From positions 4,227 to 68,226 of the forward strand of contig CAIVRE010000010.1 in assembly GCA_903908245.1 (NCBI GenBank): a stretch of 64,000 nt of DNA. The letters are read 5' to 3'. Shown in pieces: positions 25,351 through 34,749 of this stretch (position 1 is the stretch's first letter; the number at the start of each line of letters is the position of its first letter). Source of the stretch: Candidatus Omnitrophota bacterium. Lineage in GTDB: Bacteria > Omnitrophota > Gorgyraeia > Zapsychrales > Fredricksoniimonadaceae. A model generated the notes under the pieces. The model did no database searches, was not told the origin of the DNA, and saw nothing but the letters and a program-made list of their open reading frames with translations. A program made the translations under genes and the position numbers.

Positions 25351-25864
25351 CCACCTTGTCCATTTCGGTTAACATCCCTTCGATGATCTTCTTGTCCTGA
25401 TCGAAGGTCAGCTTTTCCAATATCATCTTTTCTGTGACCGTCATCACCATGTCAACAACATCATTGCGCAAAGCCTCGCGGGCCTTGGTCATCTCAAACC
25501 GGATCTCCTTGCGGGAATCCTCAATAATATGGTCGGCTTCCGCCCGTGCTTTCTCTTTTAATTCATGCGCACTGGCCTCTGCCTGGCGTTCGATCACTTT
25601 CATCTTCTCCTGGGCTGTTTCATCGATCCGTGCCAGGGAAGCCGCGTAATCATTCTTGAGCTTGAGCACATCAAGCTTCGCGTCCTCTACCGCCTTCAAC
25701 TCGGCTTGAACCCTGCTGCGGCGCTCTTCCATAACAGAAAAAACAGGCTTCCAAAGGAACTTCTTTAAAAGGAAGAGCACCAGAAAAAAACAAACCATCT
25801 GGGCGATCACCATCTGGAGGTTCAATAATTTTAATATTTCCATATTATCCTTAAAAGTTTTCAC
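25328..25864 (-). CDS. atpF: F1Fo ATP synthase subunit b
   Basis: N-terminal TM helix followed by a long charged coiled coil. Position within the operon supports the call. Confidence 0.8.
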   Translation of the reverse strand: MKTFKDNMEILKLLNLQMVIAQMVCFFLVLFLLKKFLWKPVFSVMEERRSRVQAELKAVEDAKLDVLKLKNDYAASLARIDETAQEKMKVIERQAEASAHELKEKARAEADHIIEDSRKEIRFEMTKAREALRNDVVDMVMTVTEKMILEKLTFDQDKKIIEGMLTEMDKVDARPDHR

Positions 25865-25935
25865 CGCCGAAACCGCGGCCTACGAAACGATCGTACAGGC
25901 AGACGTCTCCAGCCCCCGGATATCCAGGGGCAATA

Positions 25936-26169
25936 TCAGATCTTCCCGACTAAAGGGAAAACAATGAACGCCAGAACGTAAAAAATGATCGTTTCGATAA
26001 GCGCACCGCCGATAAGCATCAGCGTCAGGATCTTGGGCAGCGCGTCCGGCTGGCGGCCAACGGACTGAAGCGCACTGGAGACCGCGTTGCCAAGGCCGAG
26101 ACCGACACCGAGCGCGGTCAACCCTAACCCGATCGGTAAACTGAAAGCTAAAGCCGCATGAAAATCCAT
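25936..26169 (-). CDS. atpE: F1Fo ATP synthase subunit c
   Basis: 77-aa two-helix hairpin protein with a conserved carboxylate in helix 2 (GGALIETIIFYVLAFIVF). Confidence 0.85.
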   Translation of the reverse strand: MDFHAALAFSLPIGLGLTALGVGLGLGNAVSSALQSVGRQPDALPKILTLMLIGGALIETIIFYVLAFIVFPLVGKI

Positions 26170-26190
26170 TTGTTCCTCCTCAGTTATTGA

Positions 26191-26958
26191 TTAATGATGC
26201 GCCTCGTCATGTTTCATGACCAGGGAAAAATAAACAAGCGATAAAACACTGAATACTGCCGCCTGGATCGTGGATGTCAGGATCACAAGGATAAGATTCG
26301 GGAATAACCACAAAAAACCATCTTTTAGCCCCCAGCTGGCGAACAGGGCCAGGATCACGTCGTCTCCGTAAATATTGCTGCGCAAACGCAAGGACAAACT
26401 GATCGGCCGCACCAGCTCGCTGATAATATGAAGAACAAGCATAAAGGCTGGCACGATAAGGGTTATGGCCATCCACCCGCGCGGCTGCCCCATTAAATGA
26501 TCAACATACCCTCCGACACCCAGTTCTTTGAACGCGGTATACTGAATATAAAAGAAAACGATCAGCGCCAGGGCTACGGTCGTTGAAAGGTCGGCAGTCG
26601 GCGACTTGAAGAACGGGATCAACCCGATATAGTTCATAGCCAGAATATAAAGGAACAAAGTCCCGATAAAAGGCGTGAACTCCCGGCCGCGATCCCCAAG
26701 GATACTGCGAATAAAATCATCAATGAACGAAACAACAAATTCCGCCCCGCTTTGCAAACGACCGGGGACATATTCAAGTTTCCGCGTTGCCAAACGGGAA
26801 AAAAACGCGAGTAAAGCGATCACTAACAGCGCATAGATCGCGCTTTCCCAGCGATGACAAAAATGGCCGAAAACGTTCCCGCTGTTCAATTCAGCTGCCA
26901 GCCCCACAATATGCGGGAATTCAGCGGCGGATGTTGTTGTGGCTGCTTCTGCTAACAT
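26191..26958 (-). CDS. atpB: F1Fo ATP synthase subunit a
   Basis: 255-aa polytopic membrane protein with the conserved Arg-containing helix (LSLSLRLRSNIYGDD). First gene of the operon. Confidence 0.85.
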   Translation of the reverse strand: MLAEAATTTSAAEFPHIVGLAAELNSGNVFGHFCHRWESAIYALLVIALLAFFSRLATRKLEYVPGRLQSGAEFVVSFIDDFIRSILGDRGREFTPFIGTLFLYILAMNYIGLIPFFKSPTADLSTTVALALIVFFYIQYTAFKELGVGGYVDHLMGQPRGWMAITLIVPAFMLVLHIISELVRPISLSLRLRSNIYGDDVILALFASWGLKDGFLWLFPNLILVILTSTIQAAVFSVLSLVYFSLVMKHDEAHH

Positions 26959-27146
26959 ATCGATTTTTTTGGTTAAAAGGTGAACTTATATTTTAACAAT
27001 TGCGGCCAATAAAGCAATACTTCAATTAAATAACGAAAGACTATACCACTATTATTCCAGATGTCAATGCGAAGGGGCAGCCCCGCCATTCCAGGGCCAC
27101 CCCCTGCAGATCTTGTCCCGCAACCGGGGCATAAACCGGATAACCC

Positions 27147-27488
27147 TTACCCGATCGCGATCCCGCCCCGCTCTTCTGTGCGGATACGGATACACTGATC
27201 CAACGCCAGGATGAATATCTTGCCGTCACCAGTCTCCCCTGTCTTTGCTCCTTTTACGATCGCCTTGACCGCTGTTTCAACAAAGTTATCGTTAACCGCA
27301 ATATCAATGCGGACCTTCCTCAAAAGGTTCCCCATTTCTTTTGCGCCGCGATAGACCTCGGTGACCCCTTTCTGACGGCCATGCCCGAGGACTTCACTCA
27401 CAGTGATCAAATTGACATCGACTTTATAAAGCTCCTCTTTCACATCATCAAGCCTGCTCGGCTGAATAATCGCAACGATCATTTTCAT
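27147..27488 (-). CDS. glnK: Nitrogen regulatory protein P-II (GlnK/GlnB)
   Basis: 113 aa with the classic P-II sequence (MKMIVAIIQPSRLDDVKEEL...GDGKIFI). Located directly downstream of amt. Confidence 0.85.
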   Translation of the reverse strand: MKMIVAIIQPSRLDDVKEELYKVDVNLITVSEVLGHGRQKGVTEVYRGAKEMGNLLRKVRIDIAVNDNFVETAVKAIVKGAKTGETGDGKIFILALDQCIRIRTEERGGIAIG

Positions 27489-27508
27489 AATTAAACCCCT
27501 TTCTTATC

Positions 27509-27566
27509 GGGTAGGCACAGGGGCCTACCCCTACATGCATGTACGGGCGGCCCCCTGCGGCCGCCC
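27509..27566 (-). repeat. Two tandem GC-rich stem-loops between amt and glnK
   Basis: GGGTAGGC-acagg-GGCCTACCC (27509-27530) and GGGCGGCC-ccct-GCGGCCGCCC (27545-27566). No U-tract follows. The glnK SD (AAAGGGG) follows immediately. Confidence 0.45.
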
Positions 27567-27576
27567 TGTACTTTTA

Positions 27577-28803
27577 TTATTCTAACATCGTATACGCACG
27601 TTCATGGTGCTGAGTAAGGTCAAGCCCGACCTCTTCATCCTTAGGCACGACCCTCATCCCCATAAAAATGTCAACCAGCTTAAAGATCACTGCTGTTACA
27701 ACCGCTGAATAGACAAGCGTTACAGCCACCGCCTTGACCTGGATCATGAACTGCGCAGGATTCCCGTAAAAGAGTCCGTCATTGCCCGCAGCATTGACAA
27801 GTTTCGTGGCAAACAAGCCTGTTGCCAAAGCGCCCCAGATCCCTCCAATACAATGGACACCAAACGCGTCAAGGGCATCGTCATATCCCAATTTAGGCTT
27901 AATGATGGCCGCAGCGATGTAACAAAACACACTGACCAGAAGACCGATCACCAGAGCCCCGCTCACATTCACAAACCCGGCAGCTGGCGTAATAGCCACA
28001 AGGCCGGCAACAGCACCCGAGCAAAGACCGAACAATGTCGGTTTTCCGGTGCGGACCCATTCAATAAGCGCCCAGCTCAAACCTGCCGCAGCCGCCGCTG
28101 TATTGGTAACGACAAACGCGTTCGCTGCAAGCCCGTTAGCGGCAAGGGCAGAGCCTGCGTTAAATCCAAACCACCCGAACCATAAAAGGGCCGTCCCCAA
28201 AGCAACGAACGGAAGATTGTGCGGTGATGGAATATGCTTATCCGCGTTCTTGCGGCGTCCTATCATAAGCGCTGTGACCAATGCCGCAATACCCGCGTTG
28301 ATATGAACAACCGTACCGCCTGCAAAATCCAGAGCACCCATATTACGGAGAAAACCGCCCATACCCCAGACCCAATGGCAGATCGGTGCATAGACCAGCG
28401 TTAACCACAGAACGATAAAAACCACAAAGGATGAAAACTTCATCCTTTCCGCAAAAGCACCCAGAATAAGCGCGGGCGTTATAACCGCGAACATGGCCTG
28501 AAAGATCATAAACGCCTGATGCGGGATCGTTGCCGAATAATCGTTATAAGGCTCAAGTCCGACACCGTTAAGCATCGACCAGCCAAACCCGCCCCAAAAA
28601 CCGGTCCCCGGAGCGAACGACAAGCTATACCCGTAAACCACCCACAATACGCTTACCAGGCACAAAACAAAAAAACATTGCATCAAAACGCTCAGAATGT
28701 TTTTTCTCCTGACCATCCCGCCATAAAAAAATGCCAAACCAGGGGTCATCAACATGACCAGCGCTGTTGAAACCAAGACCCAAGCTGTATCTCCTGCGTT
28801 CAT
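27577..28803 (-). CDS. amt: Ammonium transporter (Amt family)
   Basis: Conserved Amt blocks (NAGDTAWVL..., DFAGGTVVHI, GAFAERMKF). The start MNAGD at 28803 is preceded by an AAGGAG SD. The track ORF start at 28872 is probably too long. Confidence 0.9.
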   Translation of the reverse strand: MNAGDTAWVLVSTALVMLMTPGLAFFYGGMVRRKNILSVLMQCFFVLCLVSVLWVVYGYSLSFAPGTGFWGGFGWSMLNGVGLEPYNDYSATIPHQAFMIFQAMFAVITPALILGAFAERMKFSSFVVFIVLWLTLVYAPICHWVWGMGGFLRNMGALDFAGGTVVHINAGIAALVTALMIGRRKNADKHIPSPHNLPFVALGTALLWFGWFGFNAGSALAANGLAANAFVVTNTAAAAAGLSWALIEWVRTGKPTLFGLCSGAVAGLVAITPAAGFVNVSGALVIGLLVSVFCYIAAAIIKPKLGYDDALDAFGVHCIGGIWGALATGLFATKLVNAAGNDGLFYGNPAQFMIQVKAVAVTLVYSAVVTAVIFKLVDIFMGMRVVPKDEEVGLDLTQHHERAYTMLE

Positions 28804-28882
28804 ATTTGACTCCTTTGTTATGTGTTCCACATCAAAACTTATCCTCGGTCGTACCCCTGACCCCATTGCCAAGAACCCTGTA

Positions 28883-28936
28883 AAAAGAAAAAAGCGCCTT
28901 TAACTCATCAACTTTGATGACTTAAAGACGCCTTTG
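28883..28936 (-). promoter_or_regulatory. Terminator/attenuator-like long imperfect palindrome with a U-tract in the amt leader, about 80-130 nt upstream of the amt start codon
   Basis: The minus-strand leader contains AAAGGCGTCTTTAAGTCATCAAAGTTGATGAGTTAAAGGCGC (about 15 bp of pairing with one mismatch) followed by TTTTTTCTTTTT. Two further hairpins lie upstream (CTTGGGCC-gaaaa-GGCCCAAG; AAGCCCTT...AAGGGCT). Confidence 0.4.
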
Positions 28937-29100
28937 TCTTTTACTAATTTGTCTCGGGCTTCACTGCCCGTTGTTTGCTTGGGCCTTTTCGGCCCAATTC
29001 GCACCACAGCTCTCATTGGTACGTTAGACAATTGTAAGTATAGCCCTTCTTCGGAAAATTTCAAGGGCTTTTTTAATAAATTTTCTCTTCTCGACGGAAA

Positions 29101-29137
29101 AAGCCCTGCATGAACATTTCATTCATGCAGGGCTTTA
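29101..29137 (-). terminator. Intrinsic terminator downstream of the YHS-domain gene
   Basis: Perfect inverted repeat AAAGCCCTGCATGAA-cattt-TTCATGCAGGGCTTT, followed on the minus strand by TTTTTCC. Confidence 0.6.
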
Positions 29138-29157
29138 AAGAACATCCTGTTGCGGTA

Positions 29158-29538
29158 TTACTTCGCAGCCGGAGCATCAACAGCAGGAGCCTCGACGGCC
29201 GGAGCCTGCGCGGTTACAGCTGCAGCAACTTCCGCTTCAGCGATCTTGCTGAATTTCTCACCATCAGCCAAAAACTGCTCTTTGCAGCCCGGGCAACAAA
29301 GATTATAAACCTTCCCATTATACTCAACGGTGTTCTGTCCGAGAGTATCCACATCGATCACCTTCCCGGTAACAGGGCAAACCTTGTTCCCGACAACGAC
29401 CGGAGCCGCAACCACAACGGCGTTTTCGACAGCCGGAGCCGCGACAGCTGCTTCCTTGGCCGCTGTCTCTTGCGCGAAAGCAAGACCGGACACGGACATG
29501 ACTGCCACAATGGATAGAGCGATTACCTTGGACTTCAT
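29158..29538 (-). CDS. Secreted Ala-rich protein with a YHS/TRASH-type metal-binding domain
   Basis: Signal peptide (MKSKVIALSIVAVMSVSGLAFA). CPVTGKVID...EYNGKVYNLCCPGCKEQF matches the YHS domain pattern. AAPAV-type low-complexity repeats on both flanks. Confidence 0.55.
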   Translation of the reverse strand: MKSKVIALSIVAVMSVSGLAFAQETAAKEAAVAAPAVENAVVVAAPVVVGNKVCPVTGKVIDVDTLGQNTVEYNGKVYNLCCPGCKEQFLADGEKFSKIAEAEVAAAVTAQAPAVEAPAVDAPAAK

Positions 29539-29688
29539 ACACTTCCTCCTGTTTTAATAAGGTTTTAAAAGTTTTTTGGGAGCCTGTCAAACCCCAACGT
29601 GGGGGCTATTACGGGGCAGGACCAACTTAATTATTTTGTAATTGTAACACTTTCATACAAAAATCAACAAAAAAGTCGTTAATCTTCA

Positions 29689-31107
29689 TCAATCTGCCAA
29701 TTCATGAAAACCATCCGGGAGCACCACAGCCGGCGCATGATCAACGACCCGGATCTCCCTCCACTTGCCGGACCGGTAACGAAAAAAGACAATAAAAGAG
29801 AACAAAAAGAAAAGAAAAACAACACAAGCCCAGCCAACGAACGGCGACACACCCCAGACGCGCAATAAAACAAAAAGAATGATCACCAGTAACCAGTGCA
29901 ATGATACCGATATGGCCATAGCCCAGAAAGTATCCCCCGCACCACGCAATGCCCCGATAAAAACAACGAACATCGCCTCAACCAGGACATAGATCGACGC
30001 CAGCCGGATCATTCTTATCGCGAGCGGGGATGCCGCAGCAAATACCTCCCCTAAACCCACCGGCTGAAATACCCGCACAAGATACCCGGGACAACAAAAA
30101 AACAGCACCAAAATGACCGAAGAATACGCCAACCCCAATTTAAACCCCGCCATAGCAGCCCGATGAGCAGTGTCCGGGTCCCCGGCCCCCATATATCGCC
30201 CGACCAGGCTGATCACCCCCACCTCAACACCGATCAATGGCACAAAAGAAACAAGGTCCCAGTTAAAAACAATGGTCGCGGCCGTCGCCGTAACCAAACC
30301 CCTGGAGTGAAAGATCAAGACCATGGCATTAAAAGCCAGGATATTAAGGAACATCTCAAGGCCGGTAGGCGATCCGAACCGGATCAACCTGGACATGACA
30401 TCCCGGTCAAAACGAAACGAGGACTTAAGTCCGAATTCCGCGATGTTCTTCCTGCTGAAAAGGCCTGCCGCCAGGACAAGAGCACCGCTTATACTGCCCA
30501 GGATCGTTCCATACGCCGAACCCGTGATCCCCAGTGCCGGCATCCCGCACTTCCCGTAGATCAGGATATAATTAAGGATCAGATTCACCAGCATCGCCAC
30601 AAAAGAAGAGGTCATAACAATACCGGTCCGGCCGATACCTGAGAAAAAAGACGCCAAACTGACCCTGAAAAGACTGGTAATGGTCCCATAAAGCAAAATA
30701 TCAAAATAAACTTTCTGGGGTGCCAACTGCTGTAACGGCACCCCCATCAGCTGAAAGAAACCATGCGCCAGAGGACGGCAAAAAAGAATGGGAATATAAG
30801 CGATCAATGCCAACAATAACGCCTGCGCAAGAACAACCGCGCATTGTTCCTTACGGCCGGCACCGAGATACTGCGCGACCAACGCCGTGGCATAACCAAT
30901 GACCCCGATGAAAAACGACATCATCATAAAAACAGTCAGCCCGCCCCCCATGGCCGCATTCATCAGCTCGGGCCCGAGCTTGGAAAGGAACAGGCGATCC
31001 GTAAAGATCATGACCGTATCACACGCCGATGAAACAACCATTGGCAAAGCAATAACAGCCATTTCCCGGATACTGCCCTTCTGATGCTCTTCTCGCGGAA
31101 TGTTCAT
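29689..31107 (-). CDS. MATE-family multidrug/sodium efflux transporter
   Basis: 472 aa with about 12 TM helices. N-terminal MAVIALPMVVSSACDTVMIFTDRLFLSKLG is typical of the NorM/MATE family. Confidence 0.8.
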   Translation of the reverse strand: MNIPREEHQKGSIREMAVIALPMVVSSACDTVMIFTDRLFLSKLGPELMNAAMGGGLTVFMMMSFFIGVIGYATALVAQYLGAGRKEQCAVVLAQALLLALIAYIPILFCRPLAHGFFQLMGVPLQQLAPQKVYFDILLYGTITSLFRVSLASFFSGIGRTGIVMTSSFVAMLVNLILNYILIYGKCGMPALGITGSAYGTILGSISGALVLAAGLFSRKNIAEFGLKSSFRFDRDVMSRLIRFGSPTGLEMFLNILAFNAMVLIFHSRGLVTATAATIVFNWDLVSFVPLIGVEVGVISLVGRYMGAGDPDTAHRAAMAGFKLGLAYSSVILVLFFCCPGYLVRVFQPVGLGEVFAAASPLAIRMIRLASIYVLVEAMFVVFIGALRGAGDTFWAMAISVSLHWLLVIILFVLLRVWGVSPFVGWACVVFLFFLFSFIVFFRYRSGKWREIRVVDHAPAVVLPDGFHELAD

Positions 31108-32198
31108 TTGGAAAGAATATCCTTAAAAGCGGGAGATCCCAGCAAACTGCCATAGTGAAAAATAACGCAAGCGCCCTGGCTCTCTTTCTCGCAAAGTTGT
31201 AATTGCTGATAAAATCCCTGCGGGGAATTGGCCTGCTGGTAGGCACCGACAGCAATATTCAATTTCCCGGGATCACTGACACGCACCTGGGCATCCGCGA
31301 TAAATTTCCCCAGTTCGGAAACATCCGGCGGATAGGTCATCACAGTCACAAAGTCGACCAGCCCGCTATTCACCCAGGAAGGCCAATCCTGGAACGCCTC
31401 TTCAAGGGCGCGGACATATGGTGAACAGCCGGTCGTTGATACTTTGATTTTAGGACGAAGCAGCCGCACGCGCTTTACCAGCCGCTCAAGAAGAGCCGTC
31501 ACCTGGCCGCGCTTCCAATCCTTCCACACTTTACTGCTATCAAGGACTTCGGACTGCCCCGTTGCCGCCTTAAAACGCTCCACATTCATTTTTGTATAGC
31601 CATAATGAGGGTCCTTATCGGGATAACGGATATAATCGAACTGGATCCCGTCAAGGGCCGGATACGCACGCAGCAATTCCCCAACCATATTAAGGAGTTC
31701 CGCCCTGACCCTTAGATCGCCAGGCTCCAGAAAATACTGATCATCGATCCTGTAATCGGCCAGGGACCTCTTCTTCTGGATATTACGCGTAAGAATGCTC
31801 GGCCCGTACTTTATCAACAAAGGGGCCTCGACGTTCTTGCTCAGGCTCAACAAATTGACCCAGGCATGGACCTCAATGGACTGCTCGTGAGCCCTCTTGA
31901 TCAAGAGAGCAAAAGGATCCTCCCCGACCGCTTTTAACGCCGCATTATAAGGTTCCTGATCCCCGACCCTGGACGGGAACCAGGCCTGGTCGGCCCGGTA
32001 AACCTGCACAAAGAGCGTACGGACATGCACTTTCTTCGCATAATCGACCAGATCAGCTATCCCCTGGCGGCTGGCCAGGACCGGAGGGTCCTGCAAAAGC
32101 GTTACAAAGAGACCTCGCCGGGGTATGGCATCCGCCATCGTCAGGCCAGGCCACAGCAATGACATGACCAGAACAAAAAAGAAAAAATATCCACTCAT
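31104..32198 (-). CDS. Secreted glycoside-hydrolase-like family 10 (GHL10/DUF187) protein
   Basis: Signal peptide, then RGLFVTLLQD...YAKKVHVRTLFVQVY...HAWVNLLS, characteristic of the GHL10 TIM-barrel family. Confidence 0.5.
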   Translation of the reverse strand: MSGYFFFFVLVMSLLWPGLTMADAIPRRGLFVTLLQDPPVLASRQGIADLVDYAKKVHVRTLFVQVYRADQAWFPSRVGDQEPYNAALKAVGEDPFALLIKRAHEQSIEVHAWVNLLSLSKNVEAPLLIKYGPSILTRNIQKKRSLADYRIDDQYFLEPGDLRVRAELLNMVGELLRAYPALDGIQFDYIRYPDKDPHYGYTKMNVERFKAATGQSEVLDSSKVWKDWKRGQVTALLERLVKRVRLLRPKIKVSTTGCSPYVRALEEAFQDWPSWVNSGLVDFVTVMTYPPDVSELGKFIADAQVRVSDPGKLNIAVGAYQQANSPQGFYQQLQLCEKESQGACVIFHYGSLLGSPAFKDILSK

Positions 32199-32235
32199 AC
32201 GGCCACGCCATTCTTTTTAAAGGATTTTGACACGA

Positions 32236-33111
32236 TCAGCCTCGCACCTTGGCCCTGAACCCCCAACGCCCCGCAAAAACCGATAAAACATAACAACCGA
32301 CCAGGAATAATACGATCGTCGCTCCTGAAGCTGTCCCCGAATAAAACGATGTCACGAGGCCAAAGACACCCGAAACCACACTAAAGATCATCGCCCACCA
32401 TGTATAAGAACACGTACTGCGCGCAAAATTACGGCTGGCCGCGGCAGGCAGGACCAGGAGAGAATTAATGATCAGGATCCCCACCAGGCGGATCGAGATC
32501 ATGACCACCACTGCCAGCAGAACGGTAAAACTTGTTTCCACCAGGAACGTTCTGATCCGCCGGCTGCGAGCCAGCGAACTGTTCACACTGGTCAGGATCA
32601 GGGCATTACCCAGAAAACACCAATAGATCAGGACGACAAGAAAGATCATGCAAAGCCAAAATATCTGCCCTGGAGCAACAGCCAGAATATCCCCTATCAG
32701 GTAAACCGTGTATTTGACAAAACCGCCGTTCCTGCTAAGCAATGTGATCCCGAGCGCCACCATAAAAGCCAGAAATACCCCGAGCACAGTATCCATCGAA
32801 GCGCGCGTCACTCCTTTGAATACATTCACTAATACCGCCAGGATAACCGCCATCATGATCATCGGCCAGGTCGGGTCATGGATCCCGCAAATAACACCGA
32901 TCGCAATCCCGGCAAGTGCTGAATGCCCGAGGACATCAGTGAAAAATGCCATCCTGTTACTGACCACCATCGTACCGAGCAAAGCAAAGACCGGCGCAAT
33001 AACAAGAACGGCCAAAAGGGCATTCTTCATAAATGAGTACTGCCCCCATTCAAAAGGGAGCAGCCCGTCAACCAGCCGATACCATATCTCCATTAAACCA
33101 TCCCCTTCCAT
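32236..33111 (-). CDS. znuB: Metal (Zn/Mn) ABC transporter permease
   Basis: 291-aa polytopic membrane protein of the ZnuB/MntB type, in an operon with an ABC ATPase and a ZnuA-like binding protein. Confidence 0.8.
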   Translation of the reverse strand: MEGDGLMEIWYRLVDGLLPFEWGQYSFMKNALLAVLVIAPVFALLGTMVVSNRMAFFTDVLGHSALAGIAIGVICGIHDPTWPMIMMAVILAVLVNVFKGVTRASMDTVLGVFLAFMVALGITLLSRNGGFVKYTVYLIGDILAVAPGQIFWLCMIFLVVLIYWCFLGNALILTSVNSSLARSRRIRTFLVETSFTVLLAVVVMISIRLVGILIINSLLVLPAAASRNFARSTCSYTWWAMIFSVVSGVFGLVTSFYSGTASGATIVLFLVGCYVLSVFAGRWGFRAKVRG

Positions 33112-33859
33112 TGCCCCGGCGGTCCGAACGCGCCCAGCAAAGCATCATTGGATAAAACCTCTTCCGGAGACCCTTGTGCGACAATAGACTTGTTCAAGAA
33201 AACAATGCGGTCAACATAAGCCGCTATCCCCGAAAGGTCATGCGTGACCAGGATCACGGAAATATCATGCTGTTCCCTAAGGTCACGCACGATCTGATAG
33301 AAAAGAACAAGGCCCTTCTGGTCCACGCCGCTGCTCGGCTCGTCTAAAAGCAGAAGCTCGGGTTTGGCGGTCATGGCGATCGCCAGCAATACCCTTTGAA
33401 GTTCCCCTCCGGACAATTCCCCGATCCGCCTGTTGATCAAATGGTCCGCCAAAAAAACACTTAATATCTTTTTTGCCTTTCCCATATCCCGGGCAGTGAC
33501 CCCAAACCACACAGGACGATGCCGTATCGCCGCGATAACAAGATCAGCCACACTGACCGGAGAATCAAGATCGAGCTGAAGCTTCTGAGGGACATAGCCG
33601 ATCTTTGGCCGCCGGCGTTCCACCCCGCCGATAAGCGACGACATGCTCCCGCGGTAAGGCACTTCACCCAGGATCGCCCGAAGAAGGGTCGTTTTCCCGG
33701 CACCATTCGGTCCAACCACCGCCAGCACCTCGCCGCAATGGACATGCAAGTCGACTTTATCAAGGATCAAATTCTCCCCCAACGATACGCAGAGGCCTTC
33801 GATCCTGATGCAGCAATGCCGGCAAGCCGGATCGGTCCCGTTATTTTGAGAAAGCATCT
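33093..33859 (-). CDS. znuC: Metal ABC transporter ATP-binding protein
   Basis: Walker A GPNGAGKTTLL, ABC signature LSGGELQRV, Walker B LLLLDEP. The true start is the internal Met (MLSQNNG...) near 33857. The N-terminal part of the 439-aa track ORF is spurious. Confidence 0.8.
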
Positions 33860-34749
33860 TTGAGTCCCTCAAGGTTCTTGCGCATGATCCGGATATACGC
33901 ACCGTCGTCATCTTCGCCGTTGACCGCCGGATCCAGCGTAAGGACGCGCACGTGCGTCTCGCGGGCGATCGCCGCAGCCGCACCCAAAGGATACTGCGGC
34001 TCAATGAATACTGTCCTGATCCCGGAACTCCGGATAACATCCACCGTCTCTGCCAGCTCCCTGGCGCTCGGATCGCTGCCCGGCTCCCGTTCAATAACAG
34101 CCGCGACCTCAAACCCGAATTCCCTCGCGAAATATGGGAACGCTTCATGAAAAGTAATGATCTTTTGTCCTTTATACGGGGCAAGTTCCGATTGCATCTG
34201 CGCCCGCAGTCTTTCAAGTTCCAAAATATATTCATCGGAATTCTTGCGATATCCTTTGGCGTGAACGGGGTCGATCGCCTCCATTGCCACCGACAGGCTC
34301 CTGACTTCCAGGATCGCGTTGGAAATACTGACCCAAACATGCGGATTAGGCCCTGACGCACCCTTGCCGTAAATAAGAGGTATCCCTTCCGCCAATGGAA
34401 CGACCCGGACACGGGGGAACTGCGTGATGACCCGTTCCAAGAACGATTCCATCCCGGCGCCGTTCACAATAAAGACATCCGCCCCCGCCAGTTTCTTGAG
34501 GTCATCGACCGTAACCGCATAATCATGCAAACAACCGCTTACCGACGGGGTAAGACTGGTGACCGTAACCCCGGGGATATTCTTTGCCACATTGCGGGCC
34601 ATAATATAGACAGGATAAAAAGACGCCACGATCCTGACGGTCCCCGGCCCTTTCCCTGACGGCTGCGCCATTACCGTTGCTGCGGCCCCCGCCATGAATA
34701 TAACGATCAGGATCAACACTCGAAATGACGTTACAATAAGACCTCTCAT
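33841..34749 (-). CDS. znuA: Periplasmic metal-binding protein of the ZnuA/TroA family
   Basis: Signal peptide (MRGLIVTSFRVLILIVIFMAGAAATVMA) and cluster-9 solute-binding protein blocks (VVASFYPVY..., HDYAVT, PHVW). Confidence 0.8.
   Translation of the reverse strand: MRGLIVTSFRVLILIVIFMAGAAATVMAQPSGKGPGTVRIVASFYPVYIMARNVAKNIPGVTVTSLTPSVSGCLHDYAVTVDDLKKLAGADVFIVNGAGMESFLERVITQFPRVRVVPLAEGIPLIYGKGASGPNPHVWVSISNAILEVRSLSVAMEAIDPVHAKGYRKNSDEYILELERLRAQMQSELAPYKGQKIITFHEAFPYFAREFGFEVAAVIEREPGSDPSARELAETVDVIRSSGIRTVFIEPQYPLGAAAAIARETHVRVLTLDPAVNGEDDDGAYIRIMRKNLEGLKDAFSK

Noticed and set aside
26959-27146. Absence of an atpI/atpZ gene upstream of atpB
   Set aside because: The 190-nt region is AT-rich and promoter-like, with no ORF encoding a small hydrophobic protein. 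atpI is dispensable and variably present, so this is not noteworthy.
27041-27229. 62-aa ORF between glnK and atpB
   Set aside because: It overlaps the 3' end of glnK and an intergenic hairpin region. It has no SD and a low-complexity composition, and is probably non-coding.
28873-29100. A sigma-54 (-24 GG / -12 GC) promoter or NtrC enhancer upstream of amt
   Set aside because: No TGGCAC-N5-TTGC-like element or palindromic TGCACC-N5-GGTGCA site could be found by eye on the minus strand. The region is instead dominated by hairpins.
29539-29688. CCCCAACGTGGGGG palindrome and TTGATT...TACAAT promoter-like elements upstream of the YHS gene
   Set aside because: A terminator for the MATE gene and a promoter for the YHS gene are plausible here. 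The -35/-10 spacing is ambiguous (15-17 nt) and the palindrome is short. The elements are mentioned only as possible and are not called as features.
33860-34412. N-terminal 185 aa of the 439-aa track ORF for the ABC ATPase
   Set aside because: This stretch overlaps znuA in another frame and is Arg-rich nonsense. The Walker A-containing protein begins at the internal Met (MLSQNNG). It is treated as an ORF-finder artefact.
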